Shown: positions 1-7,245, counted from the first letter of the stretch. The stretch is DNA of 64,000 nt from Candidatus Poriferihabitaceae bacterium (GCA_965249035.1 CBDFKV010000005.1:50463-114462); one strand, 5' to 3'. Notes: generated from the letters alone by a model not told the origin. Translations and numbers: made by a program.

Positions 1-1692
1 GATCGGGAGGGAGAAGTCATAGCGCGTGAAGTCTTGGACTTTTGCGCCTATCGTGGCTCGCTGCAACGCTTGTGGTTATCATCATTGGACGATGCATCTA
101 TACGCAAGGCGCTTGGAGCGTTGCGTGATCAGAGTAGCACTGAAGCGTTGTATTACGCTGGTCTAGGACGTGCCAGAAGTGATTGGCTGGTAGGTATGAA
201 TCTGACAAGAGCCTATACCTGTCTGGGCCGCGATGCAGGCTTTGACGGTGTACTGTCCGTCGGGCGCGTACAAACGCCGACGCTTGCGCTGGTGGTTCAG
301 CGTGATCTCCTGATCGAGAATTTCACTCCTAGCGACTACTACGTAGTTATTGCAGCGCTAGACCATTCAGGTGAGCGGTTTTCAGCAACATGGGTGCCTA
401 ATGCTGATGAACTAGCCACGATCTGTGATGATCAGCGCCGCTGTACCAGTCAGAAATCGGCGATGCAAGTGGCGCAGAATTTAGCTAACTCAACCGCTGT
501 GGTTACATCTTTTGATCGACGCAACAAGTCAAAATCTGCACCACTGCTTTTTTCTTTGTCAGCCCTGCAAAAAGCAGCCTCTTCCCGATGGGGCTACGGT
601 GCTGAACAGACATTGAAGATTGCTCAGGCATTGTACGAGGGCTATAAGGCGACCAGCTATCCGCGCAGTGATTGCCAATATCTGCCGTTAGAGCAGCTGG
701 ACGAAGCATCTGACGTGCGTGATGCGCTGATGACGGTTCACCGCAGCGACAAGGCGTTGACCAGCCATATTGAGCGCATGGATATGTCGCTCAAAAGCCG
801 CGCATGGAACAACGCTAAAATCACGGCTCACCACGGCATTATTCCGACCACGAATGATCGGGTAGACGTAGCAAGTATGAGTGAGCCTGAACGCAATATC
901 TATGATCTGATTGTTCGGCACTATCTCGTGCAGTTTTATCCACCCTACATCGCTGAATACACCGAGATAAAGCTGTCTGCCAATGGCGTTGATTTACTTG
1001 CAAAAGGCATCCGTCCGGTTTCGTCGGGTTGGAAGTCTGTGTTGACGGTTGACAAGAAAGAGGATGCGCCAGAGCAACATTTACCGACTATGCAAAGTGG
1101 CGACCAGGCCCAGGTGGAAGATGCGTCGGTAGAGTCCAAGAAAACCAAACCACCGGCTCGATTTACCGAGGGAACACTGATTGACGCGATGGCGAATGTC
1201 GCTCGTTATGTTGAAGATGCGCAAGCAAAAGCAATACTCAAGGAAAACGAGGGAATTGGTACTGAAGCTACCCGTGCGGGAATTATCGAAACGCTGAAAA
1301 GCCGTAAGTATGTGCAGCCCAAAGGCAAGCAACTGATTTCAACCACTACAGGTCGAGAACTGATACAGATGCTACCGAAAGAGCTGACTGATCCAGTGAT
1401 GACAGCACTTATGGAGCGATTACTGAGCAAGATCGCCGATGGTGATCTTGACCTGGACAATTACATGCGGCGACAAACGCAGTATGTCACCCGTTTGATT
1501 GAATCGGCCAAAGCAAATGCCGGTCAGATTCAAATTACACCAGGCAAAAAGAAAGTGAAAGCTGTACCAGTCAAGACAGACAAAGTTTGCCCTGATTGCG
1601 GCAAGCAACTACTGAAGCGTAAGGGCAAGAAGGGGTATTTTCTCGGTTGTTCAGGCTTTCCGGATTGTCGGCACATTGAATTTTTGAACTAG
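1..1692 (+). CDS. topB: DNA topoisomerase III (5' end outside window)
   Basis: Frame is open from base 1 (DREGEVIAREVLD, Toprim); SVGRVQTPTL, catalytic SYPRSDC, GIGTEATRAGIIETL, C-terminal Zn ribbon CPDCG...FLGCSGFPDC. Confidence 0.96.
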   Translation, partial: DREGEVIAREVLDFCAYRGSLQRLWLSSLDDASIRKALGALRDQSSTEALYYAGLGRARSDWLVGMNLTRAYTCLGRDAGFDGVLSVGRVQTPTLALVVQRDLLIENFTPSDYYVVIAALDHSGERFSATWVPNADELATICDDQRRCTSQKSAMQVAQNLANSTAVVTSFDRRNKSKSAPLLFSLSALQKAASSRWGYGAEQTLKIAQALYEGYKATSYPRSDCQYLPLEQLDEASDVRDALMTVHRSDKALTSHIERMDMSLKSRAWNNAKITAHHGIIPTTNDRVDVASMSEPERNIYDLIVRHYLVQFYPPYIAEYTEIKLSANGVDLLAKGIRPVSSGWKSVLTVDKKEDAPEQHLPTMQSGDQAQVEDASVESKKTKPPARFTEGTLIDAMANVARYVEDAQAKAILKENEGIGTEATRAGIIETLKSRKYVQPKGKQLISTTTGRELIQMLPKELTDPVMTALMERLLSKIADGDLDLDNYMRRQTQYVTRLIESAKANAGQIQITPGKKKVKAVPVKTDKVCPDCGKQLLKRKGKKGYFLGCSGFPDCRHIEFLN

Positions 1693-1700
1693 ATTATTTA

Positions 1701-1717
1701 TGGCCACAGTGTGGCCA
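1701..1717. promoter_or_regulatory. 17-bp palindrome TGGCCACA-G-TGTGGCCA, copy 1 (parS/operator-like)
   Basis: Perfect 8-1-8 dyad; identical at 3153 and 6440, variant at 5775. Confidence 0.7.
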
Positions 1718-1736
1718 CAAATCCACACTAAAAACT

Positions 1737-2120
1737 ATGAACGCAGCAAAACAACTTTTGATCGACCTGCAAACGCTGGATATTGAAGCCAGGCTGATAA
1801 CCTGCGCGAGTGTGGACTACCCTAAAAGTGTCGTTCCCACCTATACCTTTTCGTTGTCCCTTGAGCGCGCTGTTCATTTACACAGGATGATTGACGGGGA
1901 TACACAGCTTTTTAACTACTGGTATTTATCTGGCATTCAACATCCCGACAGGATCAGCTGGCACCTTGAAACCACGCACTTGTCGCGGTTTATCAAAGGA
2001 ATCATAGGAAAGCGTTCGCGCCCAGATTTTGACCTGATTTATCACATGGTGAGGCAAGCTAAGGAAGAATCGCTTGAAGACTTGCGAGCAGCTTTGGTAG
2101 CGCCTCTTTCAGTCCAGTGA
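1737..2120 (+). CDS. Hypothetical protein, possible distant paralog of the next two ORFs
   Basis: 127-aa ORF directly after topB; PTYTFSLS...LFNYWYL loosely parallels PYLGIYS...LNYHWYI. Confidence 0.6.
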   Translation: MNAAKQLLIDLQTLDIEARLITCASVDYPKSVVPTYTFSLSLERAVHLHRMIDGDTQLFNYWYLSGIQHPDRISWHLETTHLSRFIKGIIGKRSRPDFDLIYHMVRQAKEESLEDLRAALVAPLSVQ

Positions 2121-2314
2121 AAATCGAATACAGCAATACTGCCATGATTGTCAGACCTATGGCTTTCAGTAGCAAAATTTGTCGATATCGTTTAATACAT
2201 GGATACTTCGCTTTGCATATGCATTTTCTAGCCGTATTGCTAACTTCTCTTTTGCATACGCGGCAATTAACAACATGTTCTTTTTCAAAAATCATAGCCT
2301 ACTCCTGTTTATAG

Positions 2315-2689
2315 ATGTGTTTCCCAAAAAACCGGATGGAAAGACGTTTTAGCGCGCTCCGTGATGTCCTGGAATCGGCGGATGGAATCAAGGTCAAATG
2401 GGTTTTTATTGGCACACTTGATCTGAAAGGGCGGTTGTATTCTCAGCCTTATCTGGGCATTTATTCGTCAGCCCAGAAAGCACAACATATCGCCCGAACC
2501 ATTGCTGAAACAGACAAGCTCAACTATCACTGGTATATCACTGTTCAATGGAGTGACTGCTTACGCCCATACTACGCAATCAAGTTGAAACACGGGTTTT
2601 GTATCCTGGACGAAATTGCCACTCCGCGTGTCAAGCAAGTATGCCAGGACATTGAACAGATCACTGAATCGATACGCGCCAACGCATGA
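2315..2689 (+). CDS. Hypothetical protein, paralog of 2753..3139
   Basis: Shared DGIxxKW, PYLxxYxSA, KLxYxWxIxV, QDIExIxESxRA. Confidence 0.75.
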   Translation: MCFPKNRMERRFSALRDVLESADGIKVKWVFIGTLDLKGRLYSQPYLGIYSSAQKAQHIARTIAETDKLNYHWYITVQWSDCLRPYYAIKLKHGFCILDEIATPRVKQVCQDIEQITESIRANA

Positions 2690-2752
2690 CTATAGCAATT
2701 GCTGGCAATTACGGCCAGAGATTTATCTCCAGCAAGTGATCACGCAAACTAC

Positions 2753-3139
2753 ATGAGAAGAAGCATTGACCCAAAAATTCGAGTCCTGACCGATGCCTTG
2801 AATGATATCGACGGCATCAGTACCAAATGGTCTTGCAGCGGACATCCACCCCCTTTGGGCTGGGCTGGACTACTGTTACCAATGGTCGAACTGCCATACC
2901 TGAGTTTTTACGCGTCTGCCAAGCAGGGGCGGAAAATTGCGCAGATAATTGCCAAAACCCCGAAACTGAAATATCGATGGAACATCGAAGTGGATTTTTC
3001 GATCTGTCTTCATGCCAGATATACCATTCGACTGCCTGGCGGCGTTTGGCATGATGCTTTATTGTATCGCGCCTGGCCGATATGGCAAGATATCGAACGT
3101 ATCGCTGAATCTGTACGAGCATATCCCTGGAACGAATAG
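2753..3139 (+). CDS. Hypothetical protein with IDPKI..LN..GISTKWSCSGH motif (TYW3-N-like)
   Basis: Motif read from translation; ATG 2753 preferred to the TTG at 2699. Confidence 0.75.
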   Translation: MRRSIDPKIRVLTDALNDIDGISTKWSCSGHPPPLGWAGLLLPMVELPYLSFYASAKQGRKIAQIIAKTPKLKYRWNIEVDFSICLHARYTIRLPGGVWHDALLYRAWPIWQDIERIAESVRAYPWNE

Positions 3140-3152
3140 TTGTCCGAATCTA

Positions 3153-3169
3153 TGGCCACAGTGTGGCCA
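3153..3169. promoter_or_regulatory. 17-bp palindrome, copy 2
   Basis: TGGCCACAGTGTGGCCA. Confidence 0.7.
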
Positions 3170-3249
3170 TTAGAAAAGACCCATAGTACGTGTACGGCCT
3201 TGAAATTCTTTTTCTGCGGCCGTAATATGGCCGCGTTGAACAATTTACT

Positions 3250-3353
3250 GTGGACTGCCAGCGCCCCGAAGTTTCTGGCATAGAGCGATGAATACTGGAT
3301 TTATCCAGTACCGACCGAAGAAAACATCGTCATAGGGTAAAACCTACTCGGTC
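3250..3353 (+). ncRNA. 104-nt structured element, copy 1 (candidate cis-regulatory RNA)
   Basis: Duplicated at 6618-6721 with only two differences, which form one compensatory pair; stems TGCCAG/CTGGCA, CGATG/CATCG, TACTGGA/TCCAGTA, TAGG/CCTA, GACCGA/TCGGTC. Confidence 0.65.
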
Positions 3354-3369
3354 ATATTCAATACTTTTC

Positions 3370-3443
3370 AACCCTATCGGGGATGTACTCATCCCGTAGG
3401 GGTTAGTGCATCCCTTTTTTATTATTAAATCGGAGATGTACCA
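3370..3443 (+). promoter_or_regulatory. Repeated structured 5' leader, copy A
   Basis: AACCC..GGGATGTACTCATCCCGTAGGGGTTAGTGCATCCCTTTTTT..AAATCGGAGATGTACCA then ATG. Confidence 0.8.
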
Positions 3444-4199
3444 ATGAATAACTCAACTCAAAACGCAACCAACAAAACTTACGACGTTCACACGACTGGA
3501 TTCGGATACTTAAACCGTATTCGTGAGGTCACACCTTCACATGGTGGTAAGCCGTACTTATCTTGCGATATCACATTGCAGGAAGGCGTTGCAAAAGATG
3601 GCGATTTTTCTACGATCAAAAAGATTTACTTTCAAGCTAACGTAGTTGGCACGAAGGCAATCGAGGTGATGCGTGAGCATTTCACCAATGATCAAGGAAA
3701 AGTAGCTTCACCGGATGAGCCAGTAACCGCAGCTGTCCGCCTTGGCGGAATTGATGTGGATCAGTGGACTTATCAAAAAGGCGATAAAGCGGGTCAACCA
3801 GGCGTGACACTTAAAACGCGCTTGTTAAAGCTCACCTATCTCGCTATTGGTGGTAACGCTATCGATCTGGGCGAAGATGAAGATAATGCCGAGACAGCAC
3901 AGGAGCCTTCCGAGGAACCTACTGCCGAAGCACAGTCTGAACCTGAACTCTCGCAAATCGAGGGGGATACGCAGCCGGAATCTGAGTCGCAAGACGAAGA
4001 ACCCGAAGCGGTATCAATCGAAGATATGCAGGACGATAGCGGTAAACTGTGTGAAATCCATCTCTCTAAAGACGATCCAGAGTTTGACGCAAAGCGCGTC
4101 ATGGTAAAACAACTGGGCTATCGTTGGAACAGTGACAGTCAGTCCTGGCTACCACCTGTCCAACAAGCGAATGAGCAGGCAGCGCAAGCAGCTGGTTAA
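3444..4199 (+). CDS. DUF3577 (STY4534-like) ICE protein with acidic linker and extra C-terminal domain
   Basis: YDVHTTGFGYLNRIREV..YLSCDI, WTYQKGDKAGQPGVTLKTRLLK are typical of DUF3577; position after topB. Confidence 0.85.
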   Translation: MNNSTQNATNKTYDVHTTGFGYLNRIREVTPSHGGKPYLSCDITLQEGVAKDGDFSTIKKIYFQANVVGTKAIEVMREHFTNDQGKVASPDEPVTAAVRLGGIDVDQWTYQKGDKAGQPGVTLKTRLLKLTYLAIGGNAIDLGEDEDNAETAQEPSEEPTAEAQSEPELSQIEGDTQPESESQDEEPEAVSIEDMQDDSGKLCEIHLSKDDPEFDAKRVMVKQLGYRWNSDSQSWLPPVQQANEQAAQAAG

Positions 4200-4212
4200 T
4201 TCGTTAGTTGAT

Positions 4213-4238
4213 ACATCACAGCCTTCGGGCTGTGATGT
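4213..4238 (+). terminator. 11-bp perfect hairpin with C(UUCG)G tetraloop after DUF3577
   Basis: ACATCACAGCC-TTCG-GGCTGTGATGT; U-tract is weak, so it may be a stability or processing hairpin. Confidence 0.55.
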
Positions 4239-4278
4239 TGATATTAGAGTAAAATCATCATTTTTTGAGGACATACCA

Positions 4279-4461
4279 ATGTCTACTGATAAACCCTTAC
4301 CTGCTGGCGATTCAATTTCAGAACTCAGCACCGAGCAGTTGGAGAATACGCTTGATTCCGTTCGTTTTGACATCGTTAAGCACAAGCTAGATCGTGATTC
4401 GATTCTGGACATTTGGGAAGCAGGTCTGAAACAGCATTTGCTGAAGGTTAGCAAAAGCTAA
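4279..4461 (+). CDS. Small hypothetical protein (60 aa)
   Basis: GAGG RBS before ATG 4279 (MSTDKPL...). Confidence 0.65.
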   Translation: MSTDKPLPAGDSISELSTEQLENTLDSVRFDIVKHKLDRDSILDIWEAGLKQHLLKVSKS

Positions 4462-4481
4462 GTAGCTACAAATACAATTCA

Positions 4482-4553
4482 AACCCACACGGGATGCACT
4501 CATCCCATTGGGGTGGTACGTCCTTTTTAAATTTTTAAATCGGAGATGTACCA
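4482..4553 (+). promoter_or_regulatory. Repeated structured 5' leader, copy B
   Basis: AACCC..GGGATGCACTCATCCCATTGGGGTGGTACGTCCTTTTT..AAATCGGAGATGTACCA then ATG. Confidence 0.8.
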
Positions 4554-4826
4554 ATGAATTTTCTAAAATCTAAACGCACGATCGCAAAACTGGAAGCTTA
4601 CAGTGACTTCGCCAATTCATACGGCGTATGGCTTTTTATGATCTTTTTGTCAGCATCAATGTTGGCACTAATGATATATGGAGCCTATACAAAGTGGGAT
4701 TCACCGGAGTTCACCACCTTTCATGTTTATACGCTGGCACTTTTAATTATCGTGATACTCGCTTGCCTATTTACAGCTCTAGTCGAGCTAGTAAGCGAGC
4801 TATACAGAAACCAGGCTATCCACTAG
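4554..4826 (+). CDS. Small two-TM membrane protein
   Basis: Two hydrophobic stretches; starts exactly at the end of leader B. Confidence 0.75.
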   Translation: MNFLKSKRTIAKLEAYSDFANSYGVWLFMIFLSASMLALMIYGAYTKWDSPEFTTFHVYTLALLIIVILACLFTALVELVSELYRNQAIH

Positions 4827-4842
4827 CGGAGCCTTCAATTCA

Positions 4843-4913
4843 AACCTTATTGGGATGCATTCATCCCATTGGGGTGGTACGTCCCTTTTTAATTTTTAAA
4901 TCGGAGATGTACT
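4843..4913 (+). promoter_or_regulatory. Repeated structured 5' leader, copy C
   Basis: AACC..GGGATGCATTCATCCCATTGGGGTGGTACGTCCCTTTTT..AAATCGGAGATGTACT then ATG. Confidence 0.8.
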
Positions 4914-5141
4914 ATGAACACTAAAATCGAAGAAATTGGACTCTATCTGGTCGGAGCGTTTGTAACTCTGACAATAGCAGCCATAGTCGCGTTTGGATGG
5001 CTTCTTGCTTCCATTCTTGGCAGTGCAGTAGCATCAATGTACTCAGCAATGGTTGATGCGATGCTTCGTTCGCCTATTTGCACTCTTTTCTTTTCACCGT
5101 GGCTTAAAGCAAACATGCTTGCTCAATTGAAGCAGTCATAG
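4914..5141 (+). CDS. Small membrane protein (75 aa)
   Basis: Long hydrophobic segment; starts at the end of leader C. Confidence 0.7.
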   Translation: MNTKIEEIGLYLVGAFVTLTIAAIVAFGWLLASILGSAVASMYSAMVDAMLRSPICTLFFSPWLKANMLAQLKQS

Positions 5142-5157
5142 CTAATCAAGCTGCGTT

Positions 5158-5228
5158 AACCCAGACGGGAATCACCATTCCCGTTTACGGGCTTGGTATT
5201 CCCGTCGTAATCATTATTGGAGGCGACA
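5158..5228 (+). promoter_or_regulatory. Repeated structured 5' leader, divergent copy D
   Basis: AACCC-AGACGGGAAT-CACC-ATTCCCGT..TGGT-ATTCCCGTC: same layout with compensatory sequence changes. Confidence 0.65.
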
Positions 5229-5411
5229 ATGGAAAAGCTAGCCTGGCAAGAGTTTCTGACTTTTTGCGATACTGCAATAACGAATGAATTACTCGAAAAA
5301 CGAGGACGAATCCTTGATCTGATTCCGAAGTTGCAAGACGAAGATGTTATTCGTGATGCGCACAGGATGGTGAAAACTATCGATCAGGAATTGATGGGGC
5401 GAGTTCTTTAG
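5229..5411 (+). CDS. Small helical hypothetical protein (60 aa)
   Basis: GGAGG RBS before ATG 5229 (MEKLAWQEF...). Confidence 0.65.
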   Translation: MEKLAWQEFLTFCDTAITNELLEKRGRILDLIPKLQDEDVIRDAHRMVKTIDQELMGRVL

Positions 5412-5710
5412 TCTTTTCCGTGTCGGCGCATGATTGCGTCGGCACGGTCAGGATTACCTTTGGCAATTTCAATCAACGCCTGACGCTCAGGATTAGAGCA
5501 GTCACCGTCTGATGCGATTGCGGCCAGGAAATCATTAATAAACGGACGTGATTTTCCCCAGGCATGATCAAACTGCTGTTCGGTTTTGATACTGTCAATG
5601 TGGATGCCAACTTTAGCAAAATGCTGGGCGTATTTAGCTCGGTCTTTGCGTGTAAATACCAGTGTTCCATTACTGGATACCAGGCATCCGGTGTGATGTT
5701 TCGTATTCAT
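5408..5710 (-). CDS. Hypothetical protein (100 aa), the only minus-strand gene in the small-gene array
   Basis: ATG start, protein-like composition, convergent overlap with 5229..5411. Confidence 0.6.
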   Translation of the reverse strand: MNTKHHTGCLVSSNGTLVFTRKDRAKYAQHFAKVGIHIDSIKTEQQFDHAWGKSRPFINDFLAAIASDGDCSNPERQALIEIAKGNPDRADAIMRRHGKD

Positions 5711-5774
5711 TCGTCAATCATATCACAAGGATGGTGAAGTCAATCAGGTGCCGATCCAATCTTTCTTAATCTTG

Positions 5775-5791
5775 TGGCCAGACTCTGGCCA
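5775..5791. promoter_or_regulatory. 17-bp palindrome, symmetric variant TGGCCAGA-C-TCTGGCCA
   Basis: Both arms changed together (CACA/TGTG to CAGA/TCTG), preserving the dyad. Confidence 0.65.
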
Positions 5792-5804
5792 GCAAATTCA
5801 ATTT

Positions 5805-5871
5805 AACCTTTACGGGATGCATTCACACCCCGTTGGGTTGGTGCATTCCTTTTTCTATGGAGGAAATTCAA
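5805..5871 (+). promoter_or_regulatory. Repeated structured 5' leader, copy E
   Basis: AACC..ACGGGATGCATTCACACCCCGTTGGGTTGGTGCATTCCTTTTT..GGAGG then ATG. Confidence 0.75.
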
Positions 5872-5964
5872 ATGGCAGAAATGCTAATCGCGCTACTGGT
5901 ACTCGTTTTAATTGGCGGTTACCTTGCTTCATGTTGTTGGTTAGCCAGCAACTATCACAGATGA
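5872..5964 (+). CDS. 30-aa single-TM peptide MAEMLIALLVLVLIGGYLASCCWLASNYHR (not in the ORF track)
   Basis: Hand translation; GGAGG RBS at 5859-5863; follows leader E. Confidence 0.6.
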   Translation: MAEMLIALLVLVLIGGYLASCCWLASNYHR

Positions 5965-5998
5965 ATCAGGACTGGATAATTTAGTCCAAAATGTTGTT

Positions 5999-6076
5999 AA
6001 CCCTGCCGGGATGTACTCATCCCGTAGGGGTTAGTGCATCCCTTTTTTATTTTTATTTTAAATCGGAGATGTACCA
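5999..6076 (+). promoter_or_regulatory. Repeated structured 5' leader, copy F (near-identical to A)
   Basis: AACCC..GGGATGTACTCATCCCGTAGGGGTTAGTGCATCCCTTTTTT..AAATCGGAGATGTACCA then ATG. Confidence 0.8.
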
Positions 6077-6424
6077 ATGAATAACTTAACTCAATCCGCC
6101 GCACAGCATGATGCAGAGCATTTCAATGTAGGCGACATACTCGAAGCCCCCTGGGGCTTTAGTGTGTCAGGCGTTGATTTTTATCAAGTTGTACGCATTA
6201 CTGCTTCAGGCAAATCAGTAGCTCTCAAAAAACTTGCCAAACGACATAAAGGCGTTGGGCAGCTGAATGGGAATTCAGAGCCTATACAACACAAGTTTGT
6301 TGGTGAAGCATTGATGCGCCGTGTTAAGCCTTACGATGCTACCAGCCCACAAGTCAGAATTGACGGATTTACAATCGCAACACGATGGACGGGTGTTCCG
6401 TTCTTTGAAAGCCATGATCAATAA
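6077..6424 (+). CDS. Hypothetical mobile-element protein (VGDIL..WG....VDFYQVV motif)
   Basis: Motif recalled from phage/plasmid hypothetical proteins; starts at the end of leader F. Confidence 0.75.
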   Translation: MNNLTQSAAQHDAEHFNVGDILEAPWGFSVSGVDFYQVVRITASGKSVALKKLAKRHKGVGQLNGNSEPIQHKFVGEALMRRVKPYDATSPQVRIDGFTIATRWTGVPFFESHDQ

Positions 6425-6439
6425 TGATGCTAAATAACG

Positions 6440-6456
6440 TGGCCACAGTGTGGCCA
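6440..6456. promoter_or_regulatory. 17-bp palindrome, copy 4
   Basis: TGGCCACAGTGTGGCCA. Confidence 0.7.
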
Positions 6457-6550
6457 TTAATTTTTCTTCGGTGATAGCGCAATAGTGCGCTGTCACCAAG
6501 GGGATTTCTGTGCGGATAGCATGGGAATTTATAAATTCGACTGTCCAGGT

Positions 6551-6592
6551 ATTCATTAGCTTTCTTGCTCTACCACAAGAAAGCTAATGAAT
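6551..6592. repeat. Perfect 17-bp inverted repeat with 8-nt loop
   Basis: ATTCATTAGCTTTCTTG-ctctacca-CAAGAAAGCTAATGAAT. Confidence 0.85.
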
Positions 6593-6617
6593 GCTAAGAT
6601 CAGCACATCGATATACG

Positions 6618-6721
6618 GTGGACTGCCAGCGCCCCGAAGTTTCTGGCATAGAGCGATGAATACCGGATTTATCCGGTACCGACCGAAGAAAACATCGTCA
6701 TAGGGTAAAACCTACTCGGTC
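6618..6721 (+). ncRNA. 104-nt structured element, copy 2
   Basis: Direct repeat of 3250-3353; C6664/G6675 replaces T3296/A3307. Confidence 0.65.
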
Positions 6722-7245
6722 TATCGCACGATACGGAGTGGTCACCAAACAGGCTGCGAACCTATCGTGTTGTAACCTATAGAACTCCATGATGATTATG
6801 GAGCGTCTATATTTTCAAGCCTTACACCGGCCGCAATCCCCGTGATTGTGGTCGGTGTCTTGGGAAAAGATAACCTTCACAAGCTGGGACTGATGGTGTC
6901 TCGGTTTGTGAAGGCTATCTTAGCCGTCAACTCACCAGTCAAGGCTGCTGGAAAATAGCCTGCCCTTAGTGCGGTTCTGCCCGTGCCACCACATGATTAA
7001 ACAGATCATAGCCCCGTCTATCGGGGCTATATCTTCATTTACCATCCGCAATAGCCTTTCTTCCTGGTCACACTTATCTGGTTGGCCACGTCACACTTTA
7101 TGCGCTCGATGCGTCACATCGCCGTACCACAAAAATATACCGCTTGTCAATAGATAACCCAATATTGCCCATATAGGGTTTTCTGTTCCTTTTCCCGTGT
7201 TTGTGTGAATAATGGTGCAGCATCTAAATAGCGCAACTTATTTAT

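Noticed and set aside
2121-2314. AT-rich gap with two TTTGCATA motifs as an iteron origin
   Set aside because: Only two short copies and no regular spacing.
3250-3353. 104-nt element as a hammerhead ribozyme or tRNA
   Set aside because: GCGATGAA...GAAA only loosely resembles the CUGAUGA...GAAA core and the stems do not fit; no cloverleaf or TTCRA loop.
5748-5984. 78-aa ORF from the track
   Set aside because: Runs through a palindrome and leader E; the RBS points to the 30-aa peptide in another frame.
3370-6076. Leader repeats as a CRISPR array or integron attC cassettes
   Set aside because: Spacing is irregular and gene-sized, repeats end at start codons and include the RBS, there are no cas or intI genes, and no RYYYAAC/GTTRRRY ends.
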